From Raja brachyura (Eukaryota): 64,000 nt of DNA. Made by a program: the position numbers and the translations under genes. Shown here one piece after another: positions 1 through 12,515 of this stretch (its first letter is position 1; each line of letters starts with the position of its first letter). The notes under the pieces were generated by a model. The model ran no database searches. It saw only the letters and a list, made by a program, of their open reading frames with translations, and had not been told where the DNA came from. The stretch is from assembly GCA_963514005.1 (NCBI GenBank), contig OY740801.1, forward strand, positions 16,554,001 to 16,618,000. Direction: 5' to 3'.

Positions 1-129
1 GAATAACTCCGCACAATTCCGCACGGCTCCGGCGATCGAAGTGGGACCGGCCCCGCGACGCTGGACGGCTCAAGCGACCACGTTAGGTCGCGCTAATCGC
101 ATAGAGTTGCATGCTGGTGGGACAGGCCC
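1..129. mobile_element. Right end of a probable PIF/Harbinger-type non-autonomous DNA transposon (left end outside window)
   Basis: A CpG-rich segment ends abruptly in ...GTGGGACAGGCCC followed by TTA. GGG...CCC termini with TWA target sites are typical of Harbinger MITEs. The partner TIR is not visible. Confidence 0.5.
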
Positions 130-130
130 T

Positions 131-230
131 TAACATCCTTGCTAATCAGGAATCTGCAAATCCTCCACTTAAAAATATCATTGACTTGGCCTCCACAGCC
201 GTCTGTGGCAATGAATTCCACAGATCCTCC
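131..230 (-). mobile_element. CR1 LINE 3' fragment
   Basis: 'gacttggcctccacagccgtctgtggcaatgaattccacagat' resembles the minus-strand CR1 3' region at 33170-33220. Confidence 0.65.
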
Positions 231-859
231 ATCATATCAAGCTTCCTCCAACAACATTTAATGTAATATAACAAATGTTGACACTTGCACCCTGACTCCT
301 TCCGCAATGTTCAATATTCATTAGATTTATTACCCCAATTCAGCCTGTATCTGATACATGTGCTGTCTTCCTTAATAAAGCAAGGTGCAACTATTATGGT
401 GACCTCTTAATCGCTGATTGCAAACAGTAATTGCTTGAAAGTAAAACATCAAGGTAAAAACACTACACATATTGAATAGAGCTCCCTAAAATAACTTTGC
501 TTGGTCTTCTTCCAGCAATTAACACCAATAATGATTGAAGCATTCCACCTTTCCCATCTTATGTCACGTGTTAGTAATTCAGTCATGAATGGAGGAATGT
601 GGCACCGTCAGAGGTTTATCATCTTTCGAAGAAGGAGTTACCCTAAGACTTAGATGTAAAGATCTCATGGATTGATTTAAAAGAAGCCAATTATTTCTTC
701 CTTATTTTCAGACCAATATTTATCCCTCACCCAATATTCCTAAAATAATTCAAGTTGGAGTTGCCTGTGAGACCTTGGTGTGTTCAGACTGGCAACCAGA
801 GTTCATTAGTCTAACACAACTGAACGTATAGCGGTGTATAAAATAATGTGGCAGAGATA

Positions 860-1395
860 GAATGAAAACACACAGTATTTTCCTAGCATAGGGGAATAAA
901 GAACTAGATGATATATGTTTAAGTTGAGAGGGGAATAATATAATAGGGAACTGAGGGACAACTTTTCACACTGAAAATAGTGGGTATATGGAACAAGCTG
1001 CCAGAGGAAGTGGTGAAGGCAGGTACCATAACAACATTTAAAAGACTCAGCGGGTGCTATGGAGCAAAGGAAATAGGGTTGAAGTAGGGTTTCAGCCCGA
1101 ATTGAAGAATAGTTTGAAGAAGGGTTTAGACCCGAAACGTTGCCTATTTCCTTCACTCCATAGATGCTGCCGCACCCGCTGAGTTTCTCCAGCACTTTTG
1201 TCTACCTTCGATTTTCCAGCATCTGCAGTTTCTTCTTAAACATTTAAAAGACATTTGCACATGAATAGAAATGATTTAGATAGACATAGATCAAATGCAG
1301 GTAAAATGGGACTAGCTTAAATGGAACACAATCAACATGGACTAGTTGGGTCAAAGGGTTTGTTTCCATGCTGAACGACTATGACTTTATGACTG
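860..1395 (+). mobile_element. CR1 LINE 3' fragment, interrupted by a Penelope-derived repeat
   Basis: Degenerate CR1 ORF2 C-terminus (ggaacaagctgccagaggaagtggtgaaggcaggtac) and a (ctatga)n-like tail at 1375-1395. Confidence 0.75.
1047..1238. mobile_element. Penelope-derived hammerhead-bearing fold-back repeat (subfamily B)
   Basis: Flanked by the direct repeat AACATTTAAAAGAC (1033-1046 and 1239-1252). Degenerate hammerhead core ttgaagaagggtttagacccgaaacgtt at about 1114-1141. Confidence 0.75.
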
Positions 1396-1582
1396 CACTT
1401 GATAGCCTATTAAACACTTTGGGGCGTACTGAGATGGTGATGTGCACTATGTAGAGGGGTACCAAGTCTGTCTGGATCTATTATGGAAGGCTTTAGCCTA
1501 TGACATCATGCTTTGAAACAAATGTTGTCACATCACTGAGTGAGACCACATTAATGACTAATCTCCATTCAAGAGCCATATG

Positions 1583-2044
1583 AAGGGGTAGCTGGGCTCA
1601 GCATTGAAACTCAATGAGTACCCGGTGGAAAGATCAAACAAAAATGTTTAAGCTCAGATTTATATACTTGTCTCTATATATTATAATTAGAAAGTGTTCC
1701 ATTCATTGATAAGATGTATACCGTTTTCTTTTTCACAAGTATTTTTTTTTTTCGTTTATTTTATTTATTTATTTTTTGTTGTTTAAATTGTATTTATTTT
1801 TTATTTTATTTTTTTTAAATTATTTCTCTCTTCTTTATATTAATCAACTATAAGCATACTCTTATAATTATTCACTATTCTTTCTTTATACTTTTTTCAC
1901 TCTATAAAAAAAAGTGAGGCCAATATATATATTTTGTTAACATTTATATAATTTTGGAAAGATGTATTAACTACATTTGGAAAAAAATGCTATATTATTT
2001 GTTATATGTATGGCCTCTAATAAAAATATATTAAAAAAAAAAAA
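1583..2044 (+). mobile_element. 5'-truncated polyadenylated retroposed insertion (L1/Tx1-like 3' UTR or retrocopy)
   Basis: 12-bp TSD AAGAGCCATATG (1571-1582 and 2045-2056), AATAAA at 2019-2024, A-tail at about 2033-2046, T-rich body. Confidence 0.75.
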
Positions 2045-3286
2045 AAGAGCCATATGGGAGGATAGCATGTTCAGAGCAGTTCCTGGGCAGGTGGAAGTCC
2101 CATGTAAGAAGGATCCTGAGTTGTAGGGGGACCCATGCAGAGAGGGTGAAGGGATCCCATGTGGGAACGGCTCCTCTGTGGAAGAGGGTTACAAATAGCT
2201 GGGGCTTCCCAACACAGCCTTTAATTTGAGTGTGACACCGGCTTCACGCCTTGATTTCGGACCTTGCTGGTGGTGGGGGATTATCTCTTAATTATCTCTC
2301 TGGTTCCTCTATGTGCCAGCCCACACCGGGTGCGAAGGAAGGTTATTGCCACATCCAAACAGCTGCTCTGCTCCTTGCTTCAGACTGGAACATCTGATCC
2401 CACTGTGAACATTGCTAGTTGATTCCCTACACTGGCATCCTCTGGGCTGGCTCAGTCTGTGCAATGACTGCGAACAATCTCCTCATGCTGACAGAAAGTC
2501 ATCTCCTGGGTTGCTCCCAGCAGACTCCTGGAGATTTAATGAATTCCCCCCTACTATCTGGGAGGGTTGGCAAACCTAATTATACAAGTCCGTCTAAGTA
2601 GCACATTGTCTCTGTCTCAGTGGTTAAATTTTATATATATTGAGAGTCCGGGAGACCGCATTTACATTGTCACCGCAATTAAATTGGTTGCAGATGGACA
2701 AACCTCGGGCATTTCAGTTGGATGCCACACTGAAGTTCTACCCCATGCATGCCAAGCTGGTTTGAGAATGCTCTCTCCATTCATTTCAAGATATAATGAT
2801 GGCTTTCAAATTGCATTAAAGCTGGCCCTCTCACTCTCCATGGGGTCTTCTCCTATCTATAATCCTGTGAGATCTCTTGGCTTTTTGCAATTCTGACCTC
2901 TTCCATTACACAGTGAATTTCATTTCTCCACCATTCACAGCATTCTCTTCACAACCCCCCCCCCCCAAAACCTTTCTCGACCGCCCCCCCCCCCCCCCCC
3001 CCTCCGTCTCTCTTCTCTTCAACCATGATTTATGTCAGCTGCCTGTGGCTCAAGGGAACAAGGTTTTGCGCAATAATATATGAGAGGCTTATGCCAACAC
3101 AAGATTTTTGGGCAAGAATTCAAAACCTCTAGCAGAAAACAGATAAGGTTGTTTATTTTATTCCACTGTTAAATTGACAAAAGCCGTGATTCAGGAAATG
3201 GTTGGTTGTAATAGGTGTGACGGAGAGGCAACAGAAAAGCTGGGTGTGCGAATGAAATCTAAAACGTGCCAACACATAAAATGCAA

Positions 3287-3545
3287 AGGACAGCACAGTG
3301 GTGCAGCAAGAGGAGGCGTTGCCTCACAGCTCCAGAGACCCAGGTTCAATCCCGACTTTGGATGTCAGCCGTTAGCGGGTAGAATTTGCACCTTTGCCCT
3401 GTGACCATGTGTGTTTCCTGTAGGCACTCTGCTTTCCTCCTGCCTCCTATAAGTGTGCAGTTTGGTAGATTAATTGCCCACTGTAAATTGCCCCTAATAG
3501 ATCGATGAACCGGGGGAGTGGTGATGTGTTTGTGGGCAGAATAAA
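3287..3545 (+). mobile_element. tRNA-derived V-SINE (HE1-like)
   Basis: A-box-like 'cacagtggtgcagc', B-box 'ggttcaatccc', and V-domain-like 'tttgcacctttgccctgtgaccatgtgtgtttcc...ctttcctcc', then 'tgtaaattgcccct'. Confidence 0.75.
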
Positions 3546-5319
3546 AATGGGTTCCAAGGGAAAGAAATAGGAAGGTTGGGGGATTAAAATGACAATGTTA
3601 TGATTTGGAGGAAGCAAATGGGACTAAAGGCAAGCATTCAAAACTGTGTATTCACAAGCAAGGAAAAAAGGCCTTGGATAGGGTAGGAAAGCGTCATAGA
3701 GGGTTATTTGTGATAGTGGTGGTGGTTTTTTTGCAGAGGGCAGGGGAAGGTGATTGAAGACCATAGTTTGTAAACAAAAGAGAATGTAATTATATCAGTG
3801 GTTGTAATTAAAGAAGTTATATCACTTCTCAGTTCAGTTGGATAAAATCCTGAAAATGCACAAATAACTATCATTCCCAAGGCCACTTTAAAAGTTGGTA
3901 ACATAAAATAGGGCAATATTTGGAAAAAGAGGAAGATTTAAATGAATATCTAATTAATTTGTTGGTTTTAGCAATACACATCCCAAATGAAATAAGAGCA
4001 TTCTTTTGTACATTTATAATAGTTTGCAGTCAAACTAATTGGAATTTATTTTGGCCTGAGAAGCATTGGCAAATCTGGTAATACGCAGTGTTGCTGGTTC
4101 ACTGTTTCTGATTAAAAGAATAAATAGCTAATGTTATATTGAATGGCAATTTGTATAAATATTGAGAGCTTTTGTTTAGTTCCATAAAGCCCGCAGTAAT
4201 TAATGATTGAAGCTACATATTTTGGCTCACTAGATGCAGATATTTATGTAAATCCACAAATTTGCATGACGGTTCTATCCAGTTAATAAACTGGAGCATT
4301 TTCGGCCCTGTCAGATGAACATAAAATGTACGAGGTACTAATTGAAAGCATAGCAGGGAATTCTCAGTGTCCTCGTCAATATTTGATATTTAGCCAACAT
4401 GACTAAGAATCATGATGTTTTATCATTATCGCACTCATTGTAAAGTCTTTCTGGATGCAAATTTGGCCTTGCATGTTTCCAACATTTAAATAGTAATTGC
4501 TCCAAAAAGAACTTGCGTACTGTGAATGTTTGGGTTACTCTGAGATCATGACAGATGATATAAAATGCATCTTTCAACTTACTTCGGATTACATACTCGA
4601 AGATAGCATGTGTGACAATCACGCACAGCTCCTGCAACATGTTTTCAATAAGGTCTTTGCGAATAACATGACACTTGTTGCAAAATATTAGCAGCCGGTA
4701 ATTCACAATGAGCAATTGTGAGAATCTCCAGTATTGTATACATCAGCTCCGTGTCTGATGAGATTTAGCCAGCATAGATGTTAAAAATTAGGCCTCCAAA
4801 AAAACTCAAGATGTCAGAGTTTGCTTTCCATTGAATTAAACATCTCTGAGTAATCACCGAGTTTTCATATTTTTTTTAGAGGTATTTAGAGATACCTTTA
4901 TTTTATATATTTTAGAGGTATTTAGAGATTTTTTTTACTTGCTCAAACTTAGTAACTTTATAAAAGTCCTATTCTTTTTCAAGTGAGTGTTGGAATGTAA
5001 ATGAAGGTTGTGAAGGGTACTTTGTTGATGAGAACCCTGTCTTTTTTTTTCCACAGCAAAGATGAACAAGTTTTCTTGATTATTTTCCCCGGCTCTTCAA
5101 AAATTAAAAACATTGTTATTGAATAAAATATGTCAAACCATTGCTAATAAATTTTGTGTTTTTGGAAGATGTTTCTGAACCTCAATGCAATCGACATGGT
5201 CCTTTCCAAAGTAGAAATGATCCAACAGGGGTCCATCAAAAGTAACTCCCTTTGTCTTTAAATCTTAAACTGCGTATTTAATCAATGCAAAAAACAATCT
5301 TTAGCTTAATTGTTCAGAG

Positions 5320-5565
5320 TCCTATTCCCTCATTCCAGGGCATAGGTTTAGAATATGGGATAAAAGGATTAGAGAGGATCTGAGGACGATTTTTTTCACC
5401 GTGAGAGTGGTTGCAATTATTTAAAACAAAGTTAGATGAGCACTTGAATCACCAAGGCAAATAAGCTTACAGGCTAAGTAAACTTCTTAGCTTTTTGTTG
5501 GTGGGTATTTGCTGGTCAGTGTAGACACTGGGGTCAAAGGGGCTGTGTCTGTGCTGCATGTCTGT
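5320..5565 (+). mobile_element. Degenerate CR1 3' fragment
   Basis: 'ccaggggcataggtttagaat...tttttcaccgtgagagtggttg' matches the CR1 3' region seen elsewhere in the window. Confidence 0.6.
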
Positions 5566-5575
5566 GTCTTAACAT

Positions 5576-5581
5576 TTTATT
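5576..5581 (-). terminator. Candidate SOX8 polyadenylation signal (distal AATAAA)
   Basis: TTTATT on plus = AATAAA on minus, at the end of ~1.3 kb of repeat-free AT-rich 3' UTR-like sequence. A second, proximal AATAAA lies at 6014-6019. Confidence 0.45.
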
Positions 5582-6875
5582 GTCTAATCCATGAACTAAT
5601 TATTTTTCTTAAAATTAGATGCCCCAACATACAGTAAAAAGCTTTGTTTTTAATCTTGACATTTTATCTGTACAAAAGTTAACATTGCTTAGTCAGAAAT
5701 TATTCTGCATTCCTCTAAGAGAGGACTCTAGCACAAACAGAATGGTTAAGTTACAATTGATTTCTCAAACTTTATACAGTAAACAGTTTGCAAAAAGGAT
5801 TTGCCAAGAATATCTTTTTCAAAACAAACATTTTTTTTCCAAAAATAGAAGTAAAAATTAACATAAATCTTTTTACTCTTGCAAACATTAAGGCACAAAT
5901 TAGCATTTAAATGGAAAACAAGTTTATATGCTCAGCATACAATTGAAACTGGAGACAAAAGACAGTATTAGACTACCCTATTCATCGACAGCATTTGTTA
6001 ATATGGGTTCGGTTTTATTGTGGTGGAGAATTAAAAGATTCACAGCTTGTTGGCTAAAATATATGGTCCCCAATAGTCCAAGTTGCCAAGGAACAAACTT
6101 TTGAAACTTCTCTGTTGGAAAAATTTACCATTTTATCCAGAAACTGTGACAAAGACATGATTTCAAAGCGTGTAATATGTTTAGTAAGATATGGTTTTCA
6201 CTCTGATTTAGAAAAAAAAAAATTGGCATGTCATTCAAAAAACTACCTCCCAAACCCATGGGAAATAAGTCAACTGATTCATTTTCCTTCAAGACACCCT
6301 TTCCATTATCACATGAATTCTTGATCGCACAAGAAAAAGACTAATTTTTTTTGCTTGAATTGTTCCAAGTAAAAAATGTAAAAATACATAAGATAAATAC
6401 ACACTTCAACAACTACAGTTCAGAAACAACACGTTTCAAAATTTTAGATATCCTCAACGCTTACATAACCTCTTTTCATAAACTTAGAAAATAAAACAAA
6501 CTAGGGAAAGAATAAAGATTTGCGGAGTCTGACCTATTTCATTCAAATGTAGTTTGTCCTCACAGAGGATCTCAGAGGTTTTCATTTCTCTCCGTCTTCG
6601 TGCTGGTAATCACTTCAGACCAAAGTTTTTGCCTTTTTCAAACAAAAAACGAAGTCACTGATGGTTGTCACTGGTCAGAATTGGCATCATTTGGATCAGC
6701 AGGCACTTAAAATGGAATGGTACAGTGCTCCACTCATTCAGTCTTTCATTAGTGCATAATGCCATGGAAGACTGATTAAGTCTCAAGGGTTCTTGAGATC
6801 ATGCATCTCCTAAACCTGCATCCCCACCCCCCCCCTCCCTCCCTCCCAATATGTATCCTGGGAAATTACCACTTC

Positions 6876-7603
6876 CTATGGCCTAGTCAGGGTTGTGTAG
6901 ACAGGTTGGTCCCAGTTAGTCGGGCTGTGGGCTGGAGGAATGGAGAGGCTATTCAGAAGGGGTGATGCATAAGGACGGCGAGATGAATGAAAATAAGGGT
7001 ACTGGTAGATGGTTGAAGGGTATCCGGAGTAAGGGTTGTAGTAATTGGGGCCTTGGACGTCAGAATAGTCACATTGGGAGCCAGGGAAGGCAGCAGCACT
7101 GGCACTGATAGGACTGCATCCCTGGCTGCTATAGGAGCTATAATCGGTTTGTGGCGATGAGCCGTGATGTTGGTCGTTGTAGTGAGTTGGGCTCAGCTGT
7201 TCGGTCTTAATGTGCAGCCTTTGCTGGCTGGGTTCGCTGGAGACTGATGAGGAGGACGAGGAGGATGAGATGCTCTTATGGTTCCAGATGGCTTGGGCGG
7301 TGCTGCTGCTGGTCAGGTAGGAAGCGCTGTAGGAGCCACTCATGTTCGGTCCGTGGCTGTGGTCGGAGGGGAGAGGCAGAGCGTGGCCATTCAGCGGTAG
7401 GTACTGGTCAAACTCGTGGACGTCGAAGGTCTCTATGTTATTGATGACCTCGCTGCTCAGCTCGCTGATGTCCACGTTGCTGAAGTCAATGTTCTGCCGG
7501 CCGTTCTCCGGCATGGAGCGCCCCTCCCTCTTCAGCTCATGCTTGCCTGTGTGGAGGTCAGTTTTGGGAGTGGTGGGTGGAGTTGGGGGCCCTTGTGCGT
7601 GGC
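6876..7603 (-). CDS. SOX8: SOX8 coding exon 3 (K2/TAM region, IKTE SUMO motif, C-terminal transactivation domain)
   Basis: Acceptor taatcag|GC at 7604/7603. Encodes GHAQGPPTPPTTPKTD...NIDFSNVDISELSSEVINNIETFDVHEFDQYLP...IKTEQ...WDQPVYTTLTRP*. The C-terminus is SOX8-type (SOX9 has WEQPVYTQLTRP, SOX10 has WEQPVYTTLSRP). Confidence 0.95.
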
Positions 7604-7778
7604 CTGATTAAGAACAAAAGGACAGGCCTTTACTACAGAAGTCAGAAATAGAGCAATCAATTACACGACAGCCACGGGCGAGCAGTGTTAACACTTTTTT
7701 TAAAATCACACAAAGCATTAGGAGGTCCCTGGGCTATTGGACCCGTGCAAGAGTTATCCAACCAGCCACTTCTTCATG

Positions 7779-7904
7779 ATGTTTAAGAAGGAACTGCAGA
7801 TGCTGGAAAATCGAAGGTAGACAAAAGTGCTGGAGAAACCCAGCGGGGTGCAGTGGTATCTAAGATGCTGCTGCACCCGCTGAGTTTCTGCAGCACTTTT
7901 GTCT
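7779..7904. mobile_element. Penelope-derived fold-back repeat in SOX8 intron 2 (no ribozyme core)
   Basis: Perfect 18-bp TSD ACCAGCCACTTCTTCATG (7761-7778 and 7905-7922). Internal inverted repeat gtagacaaaagtgctggagaaac.../...gtttctgcagcacttttgtctac. Confidence 0.85.
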
Positions 7905-8149
7905 ACCAGCCACTTCTTCATGCTCTTTCACCCTGGCATTACAATCCTCCCCCAACTCCACTACCCATTCCAACGTATCTCAAATACCCTTCAGAAGTCA
8001 CCGCTGAACACGTATTCAAGAGAGTCAAGAGTGTTTTATTATCATATGTCCCTGACAGAACAATTAAATTCTTACTTGCAGCAGCACAACAGAAAATGTA
8101 AATATAGTACACTGTAAACAATATAATAAATGAGAAAAAAAAGTTCAGT

Positions 8150-8325
8150 GTGCATATATACACACACATACCCATATATATTATAAATGCACATATACAT
8201 TATATACATTTTATGTAATAAATATATAAATATATATAAAATGTAAATTAAATATAAAATGTATACACATATATATATGTGCGTGTGTGTGTATATATAT
8301 AAAATTAATGTACACGCACACATTC
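8150..8325. repeat. Compound (TA)n/(CA)n/(GT)n microsatellite
   Basis: Directly visible dinucleotide runs. Confidence 0.85.
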
Positions 8326-9274
8326 CACAAACAATACGAAAGAGTACCGGCCCTCAGTGTCCCGAGACTGCTGCTGAATCTATTTTCCGCCGTCTCTTGT
8401 AGTAAGCCAAGCTGCACTGAACTGTCGGGAAAAAAACCCGTCTCCTCATCCCCGCTCTTCCAATAAGCCTCCCTGCCAACCGAAACCATTCACTTCATCA
8501 CCCACATTATTGACCGTCCCCTTTAACCTTCTCTGCTGGTAGGAAGACAACGTCGGTTTCTCTCATCTTCCCGCCTAACTTTACGCCACCAGTTGGAAAC
8601 TTTTTGGCAATTATGCAAAAAGTGTATTGAAAGCGCAAATAAATGAAAAGCCCCAACAATTGTTTTTGTACACGGGGTTAATGTAAGTTAGAGGGTCCAA
8701 ACTGTCTCTTTCGTTAACTCCTACCGTTTTGTCCCGAGGGCCAAATCCGTGGTGAATCGGGTACAGGTGACAGTATTAGGGAAGGGAAGTGGACCTTTTG
8801 ACCCAGGTAGGTGGATGAAAATGTTCAGAAAAGCGAAGAATCTTCCACCTGAAACGTGAACTCTGTCTCTTCCCACAGATGCGGCCTGGCCCGCTGAGTA
8901 GTCCCAGCATTTTCTGTTTTTATTGCAAATGGGGACAGTTTTTTTTTGTCTCTCAATGGACAACGCAACCGGGCCAGAAACCCCTTAACCCAAACCAATC
9001 ACTGTGGTTTCTCTTGGATAAAGACTGGGCACGGTTAACTTTGAGACCAGGGTCTGATAAACTCAGGAGTTCTTCGGTGTAAGATGCTTAAGCAACGTGA
9101 CCAGGGCGTTAAATGGTTAAACGACCAGTTAGTCGATGTGACTCCACGTTGGCCTCAGACCTGCGCTGTTATCCTCGCCCGCTTTCTTGTCTTTGTCACT
9201 GGAGTAGCGCGCCCCCTCCAACTCCCACCACGCCGCTCCCAAGACCCCCAGCCCTCCAACTCTCGGCTGCTCAC

Positions 9275-9516
9275 CTGCGTGCTCGGGCGGGTGTTGACCG
9301 TCGGAGGTCACCCTCGCCGCCGACAGGCTCTCCTTGTACATCTGCCCGACGGCCAGGTGGTTCTGATCGGCGCCCTGCTCCGAGTCGGCCGGGCCGTTCT
9401 TCACGCTCTTCCTGCGGCGGGGCTGGTACTTGTAGTCGGGATGGTCCTTCTTGTGCTGCACCCGCAAGCGCTCCGCCTCTTCCACAAAGGGACGCTTCTC
9501 GCTCTCGCTCAGCAAG
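9275..9516 (-). CDS. SOX8: SOX8 coding exon 2 (C-terminal half of the HMG box)
   Basis: Acceptor cccatag|C at 9517/9516, donor GCAG|gtgag at 9275/9274. Encodes (R)[37 protein letters not shown]. Phases 2 and 1 join exons 1 and 3 in frame. Confidence 0.96.
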
Positions 9517-9639
9517 CTATGGGAGGAAGGCAAGGGGATTGGGTCAGTGGCGGCTTGGCAGAAACCCCGGCCAGCAGAACCCTCTCTCTATCCCCCTCCA
9601 ACCCCCCACCCCCCACCCCTGGGATATTCTACCTTTTGA

Positions 9640-9786
9640 AATCTCGACCCGAAACGTCGCCTATCCCTTCTCTCCATCGATGCTGCCTGACCCGCTGAGT
9701 TGCTCCAGCATTTTATGTCTATCTTCAATGTAAAACAGCGTCTGCTGACAGTTCCTTCATACGCATCTGCAGTTCCTTCCTACACA
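9640..9786 (+). mobile_element. Penelope-derived repeat in SOX8 intron 1 (5' part of hammerhead missing)
   Basis: tctcgacccgaaacgtcgcc...gatgctgcctgacccgctgagttgctccagcatttt...gcatctgcagttccttcctacaca. Confidence 0.8.
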
Positions 9787-10174
9787 TAACTCCACCTCGA
9801 GTCCACCCCGTCACCTTGACCGAGAACGAAGACTAATAATGAACGATTTGGGGATTTAACACCGGACAATCGTTCCCCCCACATAACACTTGTATGATCT
9901 ATATCAGTGTCCAAAGAGGTTTCAATAGGAAAGCCTATCTTCCTTCCACACAGGTCCCCGTGAATCTCCAGTTGCAGTGTTTACATGCTGAGCACGTTAG
10001 CTTCCCGCTCGCTGCATCTCTCGCCTCGCAGGTCCTTGCAAGCCGTGCGAAGGGGTTAGAGGGTTCGACGGCCGCTCCGCCCGCTAAAACCGGCTCAATG
10101 TCGAGGGAGAGGGAAGTTGGGGGGGGGGGGGGGGAGGGGGTTCAACGGAGGGGCCACCAACCAGCTCGATGGGC

Positions 10175-10262
10175 TGAAGATAGACACCAAATGCTGGAAT
10201 AACTCAGCGGGACAGGCAGCATCTCTGGGTGCCGTTTCGGGTCGAGACCCTTCTTCAGACTG
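10175..10262 (-). mobile_element. Penelope-derived repeat with hammerhead core in SOX8 intron 1
   Basis: Minus strand 10258-10231 reads CTGAAGAAGGGTCTCGACCCGAAACGGC (cleavage triplet GUC changed to GGC). Confidence 0.8.
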
Positions 10263-10835
10263 GCTGAAGCCTTCTCGCCCACCAATCTCAAGACGGACCC
10301 ATATTCGAGCGCTGCGGAGTGGGGTTGGGATCGAATCAAAGACAGTCGCAGAGCCGAGGGGTTCTTGTCTCGTTATCCCAGCGGATTCAGCCTGACGGAG
10401 TGCGGTCCCTGGGCGAGAGAGATTGCCGCCGACAAAGGCACGAATCAAAAATAAACAAACGTTGTCCTCAAAATTAGGGTGTAGTGGTTCTAATATATTT
10501 TAATACGGCAGAGAAATGTTCCATTTTTTTAATTTGTAAAGGTACTTAGGTGAGCCCGTGGATGGGGAAGGAGAGGAGGGGATGGAGGTGGTGGGGATGG
10601 GGGGGAGAGGAGGGGGAGAGAATGCCACACCGGGCCGTTGTGGAGGTGGGGACGGCAGGCACTGCTCCTGGGTCGGGATCAGGAGCCGGCGAGCTCCCGC
10701 GGACCATGTCCACTCGCCCCCAGGTTTCCACCGATTCCCCGGGGGGGTGGTGGAGGGAATCCGCGTGGATGCCTCACTCAGACCGTGGTGCAAACCGCAA
10801 GCACACAGCGCGGCACAAGCCGGGCGCGACCCTTA

Positions 10836-11378
<543 letters not shown>

Positions 11379-11599
11379 TTAATGTTCAACTCTGCCGTTT
11401 CAAACTCGATCCCTCCACATTAAAGAAAGCCACGTGCTTCGATTCGGGGGGGGGGGGGGTTTAAACGAGACAATGCTGGAGAAAGAATTCGCTGAGCATG
11501 GAGATAAGGAGGCTGCTGTGGACACACTCAGTGTCAAGTCGCCTTCTCTACGCGCCGGGCGGCTGCTCAGGAAAACTTGGGAAAAGAAACTTTTGTCAG

Positions 11600-11760
11600 A
11601 AGTTTGTTTACGGCTGCTATATCAGTCCCGGGCTACGAATCCCTGATTGGCCCGAGTGTACCCACGTCTCTGGGATTGGCTCCACTCGTTAAAGAGAGGA
11701 GGTAGTCTCTTGAATGAGCGACCCGGTTTGGGTTTTTTTTTTAAGTCCCAACGCCCCGCA
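11600..11760 (-). promoter_or_regulatory. SOX8 proximal promoter: two CCAAT boxes and a GC box
   Basis: ATTGG on plus (CCAAT on minus) at 11646-11650 and 11675-11679, CACGT between them, CGCCCCGC at about 11752-11759. Paired CCAAT boxes are known in the paralogous SOX9 promoter. Confidence 0.6.
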
Positions 11761-12289
11761 GTCCTTTTAAAACAAAAACTATTTAAATATTAAACGGCCG
11801 CCCTCACCAAGAATCTTCTGGCAAGATGGAAGATATTTTCATCTTGCAAAGTCGATTCACGAAACATTTCGATGCATGTGCTGCCTCAATTAGCCTATAT
11901 TTCTCTGCGAACTGAAACGATAGCTGAAATCTCAGCGGTGTGGATATTTGTGTATGCTCGGAGACATGCATTATTTTTGTTTAACAAAACGTTTAGTTGC
12001 AGTGTGCATTTTCCACACTATGCGGCTCGCTTATCCTGTCGCCCGACCTTTACAGCGAGTGAACACACCGAAGGCGTCGGTTATGAATCCGACCCTTCAG
12101 AAATGAATGGCCAATTATTTATCATTCGATGTGTAGACCGGACAGTCGCGATGTGCTTTCTAAAGTGGATATTTCATCTTTGAATTGAATTAAATGGGGC
12201 CTCAAGGAAAACTGCCACTAAACTTTCGACCGTATCGATTGCTTCTTTGCTTCTCAACATGGTAAGTTACTTGCGCGCGTAAGAACTCA

Positions 12290-12515
12290 ATTTCTCTCTC
12301 CCGCTCTCACTCTCTGTCTGACTATCTCTCTCTGTCTCCATCTCTCTCTGTCTCCATCTCTCTCTCTGTCTATCTATGTCTCTGTCTGTCTCTGTGCGTC
12401 TCTCCCCCCCCCTCTCTCTCTTTCTTTCTCTCTCTGTAATCTCTCCCCCTCTCTGTCTATATCTCTTTCTCTCTCTCTCTTTCTGTCTATCTCTATCTCT
12501 CTCCTCCCTTTCTCT
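12290..12515. repeat. Degenerate (CT)n/(CTGT)n polypyrimidine microsatellite
   Basis: Directly visible. Confidence 0.85.

Noticed and set aside
3287-3365. tRNA-like A/B boxes
   Set aside because: Head of a V-SINE, not a tRNA gene; it continues into the SINE body.
3560-4010. Possible L1 ORF2 remnant
   Set aside because: Only vague motif resemblance; too degenerate to call.
10105-10660. G-rich runs in SOX8 intron 1 as functional G-quadruplexes
   Set aside because: Poly-G/C tracts are common throughout this window and may be homopolymer noise; no specific evidence of function.
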